A stretch of DNA of 61,547 bases, the filler included. It is 6 parts of 6 records of this genome, joined end to end, with 100 filler letters (N's around TTAATTAATTAA, not from the genome) between each part and the next. Parts side by side here need not be neighbours in the genome. Positions count along the whole stretch, not along the records: positions 36,730 to 47,691 come from SRR2962707_5529; positions 47,792 to 54,286 come from SRR2962707_5530; 4 more parts are not named here. One strand, 5' to 3'. The notes under the pieces were generated by a model that was not told the origin of the DNA, searched no databases, and saw nothing but the letters and a program-made list of their open reading frames with translations. The position numbers were made by a program, and so were the translations under genes. This document shows, in pieces, positions 41,541 through 52,416 of the stretch (the first letter of the stretch is position 1; each line of letters begins with the position of its first letter).

Positions 41541-41999
41541 TTAACCCGCGTCGGGGGCGGCCAGCGTGGGGAGGATGTGGCATTCCTTGGCGGTGGCGGA
41601 GACAACCTCCGTCTGCAGCCGAAGGATGCCTGCCAACGGTGCGATTTGTTCGGTGATCAGCCGGTCAAGGGCCTCCTGCCCCTGTGTCCGGACTTTGTTC
41701 CATTCACCGCTGACATGATGGCATTCCAGAACGTCGGGAAGGCCACTGAGCGCTGCGGCCAAAGCCCGGGCATTGGCCGGTAAATCGGTCTGAATACGGA
41801 TAAACGCAAGCACCGGACAGCCGACGGCAGCGGCGTCGATGACGGCACTCCAGAAGCGTAGCGCGCCGGACTGCTTCAGCTTTTTAAGCCGGTCGTGAAC
41901 GGCAGCCGTCGACAAGCCGACGTGGTCACCCAATTGCGCATAGGACATCCGCCCGTCGCGTTGAATCAACGCGAGCAGAGCTCTGTCTTCCTGATCCAT
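41541..41999 (-). CDS. Lrp/AsnC family regulator
   Basis: MDQEDRALL..IQRDGR.SY..LG..VGLS..AV..RLKKL HTH; ECHHVSG. Confidence 0.9.
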   Translation of the reverse strand: MDQEDRALLALIQRDGRMSYAQLGDHVGLSTAAVHDRLKKLKQSGALRFWSAVIDAAAVGCPVLAFIRIQTDLPANARALAAALSGLPDVLECHHVSGEWNKVRTQGQEALDRLITEQIAPLAGILRLQTEVVSATAKECHILPTLAAPDAG

Positions 42000-42130
42000 G
42001 AGATGCCCTCGTGTATCCCCAAGACATAATGACAGGCCCGTCATTGCAACGGGTCTGTCTATGTCCAAGCAGATTTTATGCCAGTTTGCATCCCGCCTTT
42101 GGGCAGGAAGGGGCGCAACAGGGGAATTAT

Positions 42131-42754
42131 TTACTGTGCCGCTTTAAGCGCCTCATCGATGGCGGCCTTGAGCTTGTCGACTTCCATCGCATGCTCGACC
42201 TTTTCACCGGCAACGAAGACCGTCGGCGTGGCGTTGACGCCCATTTCCTTGTTGGCTTTGCGGGCTTTTTCCTGAATGCCGTTCATCAGCTCGGCATTGC
42301 GGATGCACTGATCAACGTCGTTGGGGCCGAGGCCGGCCATACGTGCGACCATGGTCAAAGCCTGCAGCGGGTTTTCGGCGCGGCCCCACTGCTGCTGGGT
42401 GTCGAAGAAGATATCGACCATGCCTTCATGGCGTTCCGGGCCGGCACAACGGGCAATCATTGCCGCGGCGAGCCCCGGCGAGTTGGTCGGGAAGTCGCGG
42501 AAGATGAACTTCACCTTACCGGTGTCGATATATTCCTTTTTGATCACCGGATAGACGTTGGCGTGGAAATGTTCACAGGCCGGGCAGGACAGCGAGGCAT
42601 ACTCGATGATTTCAACCGGCGCATCAGCCTTGCCGATCACCAGTTCGGTCATCGCGGCTTCGGTATCGACGATCTTGGCCTGGGCATCAGGTGCCAGGCC
42701 GAATGCGAGTGCGGCGGCGGCAAAGCCCATCAGGGCACGGCGTGAAATCAGCAT
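42131..42754 (-). CDS. DsbA family protein
   Basis: G..DAPV.IIEYASLSCPAC, RDFP, TPT; SRR signal peptide. Confidence 0.9.
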   Translation of the reverse strand: MLISRRALMGFAAAALAFGLAPDAQAKIVDTEAAMTELVIGKADAPVEIIEYASLSCPACEHFHANVYPVIKKEYIDTGKVKFIFRDFPTNSPGLAAAMIARCAGPERHEGMVDIFFDTQQQWGRAENPLQALTMVARMAGLGPNDVDQCIRNAELMNGIQEKARKANKEMGVNATPTVFVAGEKVEHAMEVDKLKAAIDEALKAAQ

Positions 42755-42792
42755 CTATAAGAACTCCATTCTTGAACAGTCGGATGATAGGG

Positions 42793-43347
42793 TCATTTGT
42801 CGGCGGCGCGGCGGCGGGCCACATGCTCACCAAGCCGGGTCAGAGCATCCTTCAGCTCATCATCGGCAACGTCGGAAAGGCTGTGTTCGATTTCGGCCAT
42901 CCGCTCGGGCCGGATCTGCGGCAGCGGCGGGCGCTTGTCGGTTCGCTTTTTCGGCAGCGGGCCGTGAATGATCTTGATGTCACCGACGGCCCGAAACCCG
43001 AAGAAGCGGTTGATCCGTTCCAGCAGAACCGGCTGGAAGTGTATGACCTCGGTCGCCAGCGCCCCGTTCTCAAGGATCAGGTACAGCGTGCCGGGCTGGC
43101 TGCGGTCTCGCGGAAAGCGGATGCGGTCGGGCAGGCTGTGCGAGCCGATCAGTTCACCCGCGATGCTCGGCCATTCATTGACGATGGCGGCATCGACGAA
43201 GCCGCGCTTGTCCAGCGCCTTGCGCGTCAGCCCGCTGATCATCCGGCCGAGCGGTTGCGAGCGCGCGCGTCGGGCGGCCTGAATGTTGGCATTGGGTCCG
43301 TACTGGGACATGGCCGGTGTGGGTTCCTGTTGCCGTTGCGCGGTCAT
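42793..43347 (-). CDS. dciA: DciA (DUF721) family protein
   Basis: RGF......W..IAG, ERINRFFG..AV..IKI motifs; conserved mutY-dciA-dsbA-smc synteny; start uncertain. Confidence 0.8.
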   Translation of the reverse strand: MTAQRQQEPTPAMSQYGPNANIQAARRARSQPLGRMISGLTRKALDKRGFVDAAIVNEWPSIAGELIGSHSLPDRIRFPRDRSQPGTLYLILENGALATEVIHFQPVLLERINRFFGFRAVGDIKIIHGPLPKKRTDKRPPLPQIRPERMAEIEHSLSDVADDELKDALTRLGEHVARRRAADK

Positions 43348-43454
43348 TCGGACGGTCTGTTCCGGGATCGTAGGGGTGTGGCCGGGGTGGAGCAAGAGGC
43401 GGTTGGCAAACTCGCGAACTTGTGTTCGCTTGCGTGTGGGCGCCCGCCGGGGAC

Positions 43455-44573
43455 ATGATGCCCGGGAAGCAGATGACCGGAAAAACACCTCAATCCAAAG
43501 CTGATCATAACAGCACCCGTGACAGCATCCATGACATTCGTGTGGCGCTCCTTCACTGGTATGACGCGCATCGCCGCGATCTGCCGTGGCGGGCCAGGCC
43601 GGGCGAACGTCCCGATCCGTACCGGGTCTGGCTGTCTGAAATCATGTTGCAGCAGACCACCGTCGCCACCGTCGGTCCGTATTTTGGCGAATTTATGGCA
43701 CGCTGGCCGGACGTTTCATCCCTGGCCGCAGCCGATCAGGACGAGGTCCTGGTGGCGTGGCAGGGGCTCGGTTATTACGCCCGCGCCCGTAATCTTCTGA
43801 AGTGCGCCCGGGTGGTGGCGAACGACTATGGCGGCGTGTTCCCGGATACGCTCGACGGTCTGCTGGCGCTGCCGGGGATCGGCCCCTACACCGCGCGGGC
43901 CATTGCCGCGATTGCTTTCGATCTGCCGGAAATGCCGGTCGACGGAAATATCGAACGGGTCACGGCCCGGCTCTTTAATATCGAAACGCCGCTGCCTGCG
44001 GGGAAGGCGGAGATCGCCGACAAGGCCGAGCCGTTCGCCGATCCGCACCGGCCCGGCGATTTTGCCCAGGCGATGATGGATCTGGGCGCCACCGTGTGCA
44101 CGCCAAAGTCGCCGAAATGCCTGCTTTGTCCATTGGCCGATTTCTGCCTTGCCCGCGCAATGGGTGATCCGGCACGGCTGCCGGCGCGTGCGGCGAAAGC
44201 TAGGCGCCCGGAGCGATGCTGCGTGATGTTCTGGATCGAAAATCCCGAAGGCGAAGTCCTGCTGCGCAAAAGGGCGGAAAGCGGTCTGCTCGGCGGTATG
44301 ACCGAGCTGCCGTCGACACCGTGGCGCGAAGGGGACTGGCCGGACGATCAGGAGATTGCGGATCATCGGCCGCTGGACGCGGACTGGGATGATGTGCCCG
44401 GCGAGGCGGTGCACGTCTTTACCCATTTCCGCCTGACCATCCGGCTGCAACGGGCGACAGCGCGGCGCGGCGCGAATGCGGATGGCTTCTGGGTCCGGCC
44501 TGATGACTTCCCGGATCACGCCCTGCCGACCGTGATCAAGAAAGCGGTCGGGCTGGTGCGGGGGAAGGTTTAG
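43455..44573 (+). CDS. mutY: A/G-specific adenine glycosylase
   Basis: WLSEIMLQQT, GLGYYARARN, LPGIGPYTA, VDGN, C-x6-C-x2-C-x5-C; start uncertain. Confidence 0.95.
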   Translation: MMPGKQMTGKTPQSKADHNSTRDSIHDIRVALLHWYDAHRRDLPWRARPGERPDPYRVWLSEIMLQQTTVATVGPYFGEFMARWPDVSSLAAADQDEVLVAWQGLGYYARARNLLKCARVVANDYGGVFPDTLDGLLALPGIGPYTARAIAAIAFDLPEMPVDGNIERVTARLFNIETPLPAGKAEIADKAEPFADPHRPGDFAQAMMDLGATVCTPKSPKCLLCPLADFCLARAMGDPARLPARAAKARRPERCCVMFWIENPEGEVLLRKRAESGLLGGMTELPSTPWREGDWPDDQEIADHRPLDADWDDVPGEAVHVFTHFRLTIRLQRATARRGANADGFWVRPDDFPDHALPTVIKKAVGLVRGKV

Positions 44574-44588
44574 GTCTTACAACAACTT

Positions 44589-44694
44589 CGTCTACCCCGG
44601 GCTTGATCCGGGGCCCATGTTTACTCGGGCTATAGCCGTTGTGATCGAAAATGGGTCCCGGATACCTCTCGCCTGCTCGGTTCCGGGATAGACG
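44589..44694. repeat. RIME/REP-like double-hairpin element between convergent genes
   Basis: CGTCTACCCCGGGCTTGATCCGGGGCCCAT ... ATGGGTCCCGGA...TTCCGGGATAGACG with terminal inverted repeats. Confidence 0.75.
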
Positions 44695-44704
44695 GATTTG
44701 GTTT

Positions 44705-45085
44705 TCAATCCGCCGCTACGGCACGCTTGAAAGCCTGGATATCTTCGTCGAGATGCTGGGCGATGAAACGGGTCAGGGCCTGCGCCTGCAGGATCGCCTG
44801 GCCGCGCTGGGGTAGACCGAGGACGCGGTCCAGCTCGATCAACGTGTTGACCAGACGCCGCAGGCCATGATGTTCGGCCCAGGCCTGAAAGTCCTGTGTC
44901 TGGCGGTTCAGTTCCGGAATGTTGCCGGCGACGGCCAACGCGCACATCCGCTCCGCCCGGGTTTCCGGCTCGGGGGTGTCGGTCATCAAAGCCCCCAGCA
45001 CACGCTCCGCACCGTCAGCGGCGACCAGGTCGTCTATGACGCGGCGATCAAGCATGTCCCAGGAGATTACCATCGTCGTGTTCAC
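44705..45085 (-). CDS. Hpt-like helical protein lacking the phospho-accepting His
   Basis: LD..VIDDL....G start and Hpt-like helix spacing; GTGA overlap with the apt stop codon. Confidence 0.55.
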   Translation of the reverse strand: MNTTMVISWDMLDRRVIDDLVAADGAERVLGALMTDTPEPETRAERMCALAVAGNIPELNRQTQDFQAWAEHHGLRRLVNTLIELDRVLGLPQRGQAILQAQALTRFIAQHLDEDIQAFKRAVAAD

Positions 45086-45609
45086 TCGTCGTATTGAATA
45101 AGGGCTTCGAACGGCACACCGATTTTGTCACGGCCGCCGAGAAAAGTCAGTTCAATGATGCAGGCGGCACCGACGACCTTGGCGCCGACCTTGTCGAACA
45201 GGGCCAGCGATGCGCCGAGCGTGCCGCCGGTTGCCAGAAGGTCATCGAGCACCACCACCCGCTGCCCGGGGGCCACGGCGTCGGATTGGATCTGGATCGT
45301 GTCGGACCCGTATTCGAGATCGTATTCGTGGCTGATGACCTCGCCCGGCAGTTTGCCCGCCTTGCGGACCATGCAGAAGCCGAGGCCGAGCTTGGCCGCC
45401 AGCGGGGCTGCGACCAGAAAGCCGCGGGATTCTATGCCGGCGAGAACGTCGGGCTGGTAGGTGGAGACGATCCGGGCCAGCCGTCCGAGCGCAACCTGCC
45501 AGGCATCGGGATGCGCCAGCAGGGTCGAAATATCGTAGAAAAGGATGCCCGGCTTCGGAAAATCCGGCACGCCGCGAATATGTTCTTTAAGGTCCATCAA
45601 TGTCTCCAT
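45082..45609 (-). CDS. apt: Adenine phosphoribosyltransferase
   Basis: [33 protein letters not shown]. Confidence 0.96.
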   Translation of the reverse strand: METLMDLKEHIRGVPDFPKPGILFYDISTLLAHPDAWQVALGRLARIVSTYQPDVLAGIESRGFLVAAPLAAKLGLGFCMVRKAGKLPGEVISHEYDLEYGSDTIQIQSDAVAPGQRVVVLDDLLATGGTLGASLALFDKVGAKVVGAACIIELTFLGGRDKIGVPFEALIQYDE

Positions 45610-45749
45610 GTTTGAGCGCGCATCCTAGCATGACCGGGTCGGGGTGCAATCGCGGAGTGCCTATTTCATTGGCCATTTGGCGAGTGTTGCAAGGCTCCGG
45701 TAAACGTGGTTCGGTTTGGGATCACACACACAAGAAAAAGGCCGGGACG

Positions 45750-47105
45750 ATGTCATCCAGCACACATGTTTTTCACCGCGCACCGAAAACCGGAATGCCG
45801 ACCGCCGTTGCGGGCGACGGCATTTATATCATCGACAGCACCGGCAAGCGCTATCTGGACGGCTCGGGCGGTGCGGCGGTTTCCTGTCTCGGCCATTCCG
45901 ATCAGGACGTGATCAACGCGATCAAGGGACAGCTCGACCAGATCCCGTTTGCGCATACCGGCTTCTTTACCTCCGAACCCGCCGAGGAACTGGCCGATTA
46001 TCTGGTTGCCCGTGCACCGCGTGACGAACACCGCAGCATGCATGCTGCATACTTCGTTTCCGGAGGTTCGGAAGCGGTCGAAGCTGCGCTGAAGATGGCG
46101 CGCCAATATCACCTGGAACGGGGCGAGCCCAGCCGCGGCCGCTATATCGCGCGGCGTCAAAGCTACCACGGCAATACCCTGGGCGCCCTTGCAGTCGGCG
46201 GCAACGTCTGGCGGCGCGAACCCTATGCGCCGCTTCTGGTCGAAACATCGCTGATCGCGCCCTGCTATCCGTATCGCGATCAGGGCAGCGACGAGAGCGA
46301 GGAAGAATACGGGCTGCGCATTGCCAACGAACTGGAAACCGAAATTCTTCGTCTCGGTCCCGAAAACGTCTCCGCATTCATCGCAGAAACCGTCGGCGGC
46401 GCCACCGCCGGCGTGCTGCCGCCAGTCAAAGGCTATTACAAGCGTATCCGCGAGATCTGTGATCAGTACGGCGTGGTGATGATCCTGGACGAAGTGATGA
46501 GCGGCATGGGCCGGACCGGGTATCTGTTCGCCTGTGAAGAAGACGGCGTGGTGCCGGATATCGTCTGCATCGCCAAGGGGCTCGGGGCCGGGTATCAGCC
46601 GATCGGCGCGACGATGGTCACGGACAAAATCTACAACGCCTTTATCGAAGGCTCCGGGTCCTTCCTGCACGGTCATACATATATGGGGCATCCGGCCGCC
46701 TGTGCCGGGGCGCTGGCGGTGCAGAAGAAAATCGACAGCGAAAATCTGCTGGATGCGGTCAAACGGCAGGGGGCGCTTTTGGTCGACAAGCTGCATGAGC
46801 GCTTCGGCAACCATGCAAATGTCGGCGACATTCGCGGGCGCGGTCTGTTCATCGGCCTGGAACTGGTCAAAGACCGAGCCAGCAAGTCGACTTTCGACCC
46901 GTCGCAGAAGCTGCACCTCAGGATCAAAAAGCATGCGTTCGAGGCAGGCCTGATCTGCTATCCGGGCGGCGGCACCAAAGACGGGGTGAACGGCGACCAT
47001 GTCCTGATTGCCCCGCCGTTTATCATCAATGATGCACAACTCGACGAGCTCGTGGATAAACTGGCCGGCGCCGTCGAAACCTCTCTCGGTGAAATAAAGG
47101 CCTGA
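45750..47105 (+). CDS. Class III PLP aminotransferase
   Basis: YLDGSGGAAV, SGGSEAVE, SYHG, DEVMSG.GR, AKG, HGHTY. Confidence 0.92.
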   Translation: MSSSTHVFHRAPKTGMPTAVAGDGIYIIDSTGKRYLDGSGGAAVSCLGHSDQDVINAIKGQLDQIPFAHTGFFTSEPAEELADYLVARAPRDEHRSMHAAYFVSGGSEAVEAALKMARQYHLERGEPSRGRYIARRQSYHGNTLGALAVGGNVWRREPYAPLLVETSLIAPCYPYRDQGSDESEEEYGLRIANELETEILRLGPENVSAFIAETVGGATAGVLPPVKGYYKRIREICDQYGVVMILDEVMSGMGRTGYLFACEEDGVVPDIVCIAKGLGAGYQPIGATMVTDKIYNAFIEGSGSFLHGHTYMGHPAACAGALAVQKKIDSENLLDAVKRQGALLVDKLHERFGNHANVGDIRGRGLFIGLELVKDRASKSTFDPSQKLHLRIKKHAFEAGLICYPGGGTKDGVNGDHVLIAPPFIINDAQLDELVDKLAGAVETSLGEIKA

Positions 47106-47512
47106 TTTGTGGGAATATCGGCTGCGGCAGCGGTGTCTTGCGTGCTTTGAATGCTGTGCTACACTTTTTCCCATTAATGACAGACGGGATAAAAATGACC
47201 GCGTCAGGGAGGCTGAAATCAGGGGGCGCCCCTGAGACATTAGACATTATGTTACATGATGTGCATAATATCATGAATCATGGTGTAGGGAGCGCCGCAG
47301 ACTTATCACACACGGAATTCGCTCGTTGGCCGACCCTTACAGTAGGTGTTGCGACGAACGATCGATCGGACAAGATGTCTGGTCAGTTCAAGGCCGGTCA
47401 AAAAGACCGTCCGACATTCGGCATTTTCAGGCAGGGGCAAACCCCGGCCGGAAGGTGTCTTAATTGATTTGGATCACATAACTAAATCAAATCTCAAGGA
47501 GGAGTCACAATA

Positions 47513-47691
47513 ATGCACTTCAAGAAAACCCTGGCGGTTAGCGCCGCTGTTATCGGTCTCTCGTTTGCCGCAGGCAACGCAGATGCCGCCGGCAAGTTCA
47601 TCTCCATCGGGACCGGTGGTGTCACCGGCGTGTACTACCCGACCGGTGGTGCGATCTGCCGTCTGGTGAACAAGAGCCGCAAGGAACACGG
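47513..47691 (+). CDS. TAXI-family TRAP solute receptor, 5' part
   Basis: Signal peptide followed by [28 protein letters not shown]. Confidence 0.9.
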
Positions 47692-47791
47692 NNNNNNNNN
47701 NNNNNNNNNNNNNNNNNNNNNNNNNNNNNNNNNNNTTAATTAATTAANNNNNNNNNNNNNNNNNNNNNNNNNNNNNNNNNNNNNNNNNNNN
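47692..47791. other. Artificial contig linker
   Basis: N44-TTAATTAATTAA-N44. Confidence 0.99.
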
Positions 47792-48343
47792 CGGCGGAAT
47801 GTTGGTGGCCATGCCCACGGCGATACCGGAGGAGCCATTGACCAGCAGGTTCGGCACCCGCGTGGGCATCACTTCCGGGATCCTCTCGGTGCCGTCGTAG
47901 TTGTCGACGAAATCCACCGTTTCCTTGTCCAGATCGGCCTGCAGCTCGTGGGCGATCTTGGCCATGCGCACCTCGGTGTATCGCATGGCCGCGGCGGAGT
48001 CGCCATCGATGGAACCGAAGTTGCCCTGCCCGTCCACCAGCATGTAGCGCAGCGAGAACGGCTGGGCCATACGCACGATGGTGTCGTATACGGCGGAGTC
48101 ACCATGGGGGTGGTACTTACCGATGACGTCGCCCACCACCCGGGCGGACTTCAGGTACGGCCGGTTCCAATGGTTGTTGAGCTCGTGCATGGCGAACAAC
48201 ACACGCCGGTGCACCGGTTTCAGGCCGTCGCGCACGTCGGGCAAAGCGCGTCCGACGATCACGCTCATGGCGTAATCCAGGTACGACTGTCTCAGTTCGT
48301 CCTCGATATTGACGGGTGTGACTTCTTTTGCGAGGTCCGTCAT
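47792..48343 (-). CDS. gyrA: DNA gyrase subunit A, 5' part
   Basis: [34 protein letters not shown]. Confidence 0.97.
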
Positions 48344-48397
48344 GGCGTTCCTTTTGTATCCTCGGTGGCGTGGGTGACGCTCCTGGAAAAGTCAACG

Positions 48398-48408
48398 ATG
48401 ATAGCACA
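48398..48408 (-). promoter_or_regulatory. Extended -10 element for gyrA
   Basis: TGTGCTATCAT about 55 nt upstream of the ATG. Confidence 0.5.
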
Positions 48409-48723
48409 GCTTGAGAAGCTCTGAATAAGTATTCCGGCTGGGGGCCGATGGTCGACATGACGGCCGATAAGCCACTGGCGTCCCGCGACAGGCCTGCACG
48501 CCAGCACGCTCCATTCGCGGCCGAGGCCGCTCCCACGGCAGCGTCATCGCCGCTCCGTGGGAAGCGCGCCGGGCGAGGCTCCGCTTGCCAGCGATTCGCG
48601 GGACAATAGAGATCCACGGACCGCACTTGCGCATCGAACCTTGCCCTCCGGACAGGCTATACTCGCCACCACTAATGGCCACCGCCGTCCGGCGGCGGCC
48701 CCGGTTGAAGCAAGGAGCCTTGA

Positions 48724-50052
48724 ATGAGCGACAATCAGGCCGACCTGATCCTGCACGCCCGCTGGGTGGCGCCGGTGGCGCCGGACGCCACGGTACTGGA
48801 ACAGCACGCCGTGGTGGTGCGCGGCGATACCATCGTTGATCTGCTGCCCAGTGCGCTGGCGGACCAGCAATGGCAGGCCACGGAGGTCCGCCGGCTGGAC
48901 CGGCATCTGCTGATCCCGGGTCTGGTCAATGCTCACACCCACGCCGCCATGAACCTGTTTCGCGGCCTCGCCGACGACCTTCCGCTGATGACCTGGCTGG
49001 AAAAACACATCTGGCCGGCGGAGGGACGCTGGGTCAGTGACCCGTTCGTTTACGAGGGTACCCGGCTGGCGGCGGCGGAAATGATTCGCGCCGGCACCAC
49101 CTGCTTCGCCGACATGTATTTCTTTCCCGACGCGGTAGCCAGGGCCACCCTGGAAAGCGGTCTGAGGGCGGCCATTTTCTGTCCGCTGATGGACTTCCCC
49201 ACGCCGATGGGGTCCGGGCCGGAGGACTATTTACGGCTGGCCACCGACGCTGTCGATCAGTGGCGCCACGAGCCGCGGCTGTCCCTGGGATTCGGTCCGC
49301 ACGCCCCTTACACGGTATCCGACGGCCCGCTGGAACAGGCTCTGACCCTGGCCGAGGAACTTGACCTGCAAATCATGATGCACGTGCACGAAACCGCCGG
49401 CGAAATCCAGCAGGCGGTGGAGCACAACGGTGACCGGCCCCTGGCGCGGCTGCGCCGGCTGGGCCTGCTGACGCCGAGGCTAATGGCCGTGCACATGACC
49501 CAGTTACTGGACGAGGAAATCCAGTGGCTGGCCGAGACCGGCACCCACGTGGTGCATTGCCCGGAGTCGAACCTGAAACTGGCCAGCGGCTTCTCGCCGC
49601 TGTACAAACTGCGCCAGGCCGGCGTCAACGTCGCCCTGGGTACCGACGGCGCCGCCAGCAACAACGACCTGGACATGATCGGTGAGATGCGCGGCGCCGC
49701 CCTCCTGGCCAAGGGCGTCAGCCTGCGCGCGGACGCCCTGCCCGCCGCCGAGATTCTGGAAATGGCCACTCTGGGCGGCGCCCGCGCCCTGGGACAGGAG
49801 AGCAGGATCGGTTCCCTGCAGGCGGGCAAGCAGGCCGATCTGGTGGCGGTGGATCTGGCCCGCCTGGAGACCCAGCCGGTTTACGATCCGGTGGCCCAAC
49901 TGGTCTATGCCGCCAGCCGCGATCAGGTCACCGACGTCTGGGTCGCCGGCCGCGCCCTGTTGAAAGAGCGAAACCTGCTCACCCTCAACGAGGCCCAACT
50001 GGTGCACAATGCTCAACAATGGCAACGGAAAATTGCCGGAGAAAGCCAATGA
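48724..50052 (+). CDS. mtaD: TRZ/ATZ amidohydrolase (MTA/SAH deaminase-like)
   Basis: [30 protein letters not shown]. Confidence 0.85.
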   Translation: MSDNQADLILHARWVAPVAPDATVLEQHAVVVRGDTIVDLLPSALADQQWQATEVRRLDRHLLIPGLVNAHTHAAMNLFRGLADDLPLMTWLEKHIWPAEGRWVSDPFVYEGTRLAAAEMIRAGTTCFADMYFFPDAVARATLESGLRAAIFCPLMDFPTPMGSGPEDYLRLATDAVDQWRHEPRLSLGFGPHAPYTVSDGPLEQALTLAEELDLQIMMHVHETAGEIQQAVEHNGDRPLARLRRLGLLTPRLMAVHMTQLLDEEIQWLAETGTHVVHCPESNLKLASGFSPLYKLRQAGVNVALGTDGAASNNDLDMIGEMRGAALLAKGVSLRADALPAAEILEMATLGGARALGQESRIGSLQAGKQADLVAVDLARLETQPVYDPVAQLVYAASRDQVTDVWVAGRALLKERNLLTLNEAQLVHNAQQWQRKIAGESQ

Positions 50053-50762
50053 ACGAAGTAACCCGCCGCAACGTGGACAACAGCGAAGTCGCCAAATTCA
50101 ACGCCCTGGCGGAGCGCTGGTGGGATCCCAACTCCGAATTCCGGCCGTTGCACGACATCAATCCGCTGCGTCTGAACTACATCGATGAGCGGGTGGACCT
50201 GCCCGGCAAGCACGTGATCGACATCGGCTGCGGCGGCGGCCTGCTCTCCGAGGGCATGGCCCGGCGTGGCGCCACCGTCACCGGCATCGACATGGGCGAA
50301 GCACCGCTGGCCGTGGCACGGCTGCATGCCGAACAGAGCGGCGTGGAGGTGGAATACCTGCAGACCCCGGCGGAAGACATCGCCGCCGAGCGGGCCGGCC
50401 AGTACGACGTGGTCACCTGTCTGGAAATGCTGGAGCATGTCCCGGATCCGTCTTCCGTGATCCGCGCCTGCGCCGCGCTGGTCAAGCCCGGCGGCCAGGT
50501 GTTCTTCAGCACCATCAACCGCAACCCGAAGTCGTTTCTGTTCGCCATCGTCGGCGCCGAATACGTGCTGCGCCTGCTGCCACGGGGCACCCATGAGTAC
50601 GCCAAACTGATCCGTCCTTCGGAACTGGCGGCCTGGTCCCGCGACGCGGGTCTGGATGTGCGCGACACCACCGGCATGACCTACAACCCGGTCACCCAGG
50701 TGTACAAGCTGAACCGGGACGTCTCGGTCAATTACCTGATGCACGCGGTTAAAGCGGTCTGA
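50049..50762 (+). CDS. ubiG: Ubiquinone biosynthesis O-methyltransferase
   Basis: WWD....[29 protein letters not shown] overlap with mtaD. Confidence 0.95.
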   Translation: MNEVTRRNVDNSEVAKFNALAERWWDPNSEFRPLHDINPLRLNYIDERVDLPGKHVIDIGCGGGLLSEGMARRGATVTGIDMGEAPLAVARLHAEQSGVEVEYLQTPAEDIAAERAGQYDVVTCLEMLEHVPDPSSVIRACAALVKPGGQVFFSTINRNPKSFLFAIVGAEYVLRLLPRGTHEYAKLIRPSELAAWSRDAGLDVRDTTGMTYNPVTQVYKLNRDVSVNYLMHAVKAV

Positions 50763-50777
50763 CACTAGCGAGGCTCC

Positions 50778-51458
50778 ATGACATCTCTGCAGGCCGTCTA
50801 CTTCGATCTGGACGGCACCCTGATCGACACCGCGCCGGACTTTTATAGCGTGCTCAATAACCTGTTGGCGGAACACGGCCGCCCGGCGGTGAGCTATGCG
50901 GCGGTGCGCGCCAATGTATCCAACGGCGCCCGGGCGCTGACCGAACTGGGCTTTGGCCTGGGCCCGGAAGACGACGCCTTCGACAACTACCTGAATCAGT
51001 TGCTCGACGCCTACGCCGGTCATCTGGCGGTGGACACCCGGCTGTTCGAGGGCATGGCCGACACCCTGGACTGGCTCGACCAGCATGGCCTGCCCTGGGG
51101 CATCGTCACCAACAAACCGGAGCGCTTCACCTTGCCGGTGCTCGAGGGCCTGGGTCTGGCGACCCGGGTTGGCGCGGTGATCTGTCCGGATCACGTGCGC
51201 CAGCGCAAACCGGACCCGGAAGGTTTGCTGATGGCAGCCGGGCGGGATGGGGTCAACCCCGTTGCCTGCCTTTACGTCGGTGATCATCTGCGCGACATTC
51301 AGGCTGGCAAAAACGCCGGCATGGCCACCGCGGTGGCCGCGTTCGGTTACATCGACGCCGACGACGACCCTCGCGGCTGGCAGGCGGACCATCTGCTGGA
51401 ACGGGGCGACGACCTGTTACCCTTACTGAAAACCCTGACAAGCGGGAGCCTGGCATGA
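50778..51458 (+). CDS. mupP: HAD phosphatase (MupP/Gph-like)
   Basis: FDLDGTLID, VTNK, KPDP, GD..RD; position after ubiG. Confidence 0.75.
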   Translation: MTSLQAVYFDLDGTLIDTAPDFYSVLNNLLAEHGRPAVSYAAVRANVSNGARALTELGFGLGPEDDAFDNYLNQLLDAYAGHLAVDTRLFEGMADTLDWLDQHGLPWGIVTNKPERFTLPVLEGLGLATRVGAVICPDHVRQRKPDPEGLLMAAGRDGVNPVACLYVGDHLRDIQAGKNAGMATAVAAFGYIDADDDPRGWQADHLLERGDDLLPLLKTLTSGSLA

Positions 51459-52231
51459 ACGATCTGCAGTCCCTGAATAGCCAAGCGGTGACGTATCAAT
51501 GTCCGGATAACGCCTTCAAGGATCGCATTATCCTGGTGACCGGCGCCGGCGACGGCATCGGCCGGGCCGTCTCCCTGGGGCTGGCGCGGCACGGCGCCAC
51601 CGTGATTCTGCTCGGCCGTACCCAATCGAAACTGGAAGCGGTGTACGACGAAATCAAAGCCGCCGGAGGCCCGGAACCGGCCCTGGCGCCGGTCAACATG
51701 ACGGTGGCGCGCCCCAGCGATTATCTGGAGCTGGCCAGCCTGTTCGAGAAAGAGTTCGGGCGTCTGGATGGCGTGCTCCACAACGCCTCGCTGCTTGGCG
51801 ACATCACCCCCATGGACGGTTACAGCGCCGACACCTGGGACTCGGTCATGCAGGTGAACGTCAACGCCGCCTTCTACCTGACCCAGGCCCTGTTGCCGTT
51901 ACTTCGCAACAGCGATGACGCCCGCATCCTGTTCACCTCGTCCAGTGTGGGCCGGCGCGGGCGCGCCTACTGGGGGGCCTATTCGGTGTCCAAGGCAGCC
52001 ACCGAGAATCTGGCCCAGGTGCTCGCCGAGGAACTGGAAAACACCTCCAAGATCCGCGTCAACACGGTCAACCCCGGCGCCACCCGTACCGCCATGCGTG
52101 CCAACGCCTACCCCGGCGAAGACCCGATGACGCTGAAAACCCCGGAAGAGCTGTTACCGGTCTATCTTTATCTGCTGGGCCCGGACAGCAGCAACGTAAA
52201 CGGCGTTTCTCTGGACGCGCAGCCCAAATAA
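51455..52231 (+). CDS. yciK: YciK family SDR oxidoreductase
   Basis: TGAGDGIG, LHNA, RAYWGAYSVSK, NPGATRT.MRA.AYP. Confidence 0.9.
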   Translation: MNDLQSLNSQAVTYQCPDNAFKDRIILVTGAGDGIGRAVSLGLARHGATVILLGRTQSKLEAVYDEIKAAGGPEPALAPVNMTVARPSDYLELASLFEKEFGRLDGVLHNASLLGDITPMDGYSADTWDSVMQVNVNAAFYLTQALLPLLRNSDDARILFTSSSVGRRGRAYWGAYSVSKAATENLAQVLAEELENTSKIRVNTVNPGATRTAMRANAYPGEDPMTLKTPEELLPVYLYLLGPDSSNVNGVSLDAQPK

Positions 52232-52416
52232 CGAATCGCGGCCCACTCACGGGCCGCGCCCCTCCCCATATGCAACATCCCCTTGGCTATAGCGACAAAG
52301 CCAGACGTCGTCATGGTGCCCGGCGACCGGAACAACTGTGCTATTACTTTTTGCACGGGCCCGAGAAAGCGGCCCTCCTGTCATAGCGCCCACGCCAACA
52401 ACAAAAAGGGACCTTT

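Noticed and set aside
48085..48105. Quinolone-resistance change in GyrA
   Set aside because: HGDSAVYD retains the wild-type Ser83 and Asp87 equivalents.
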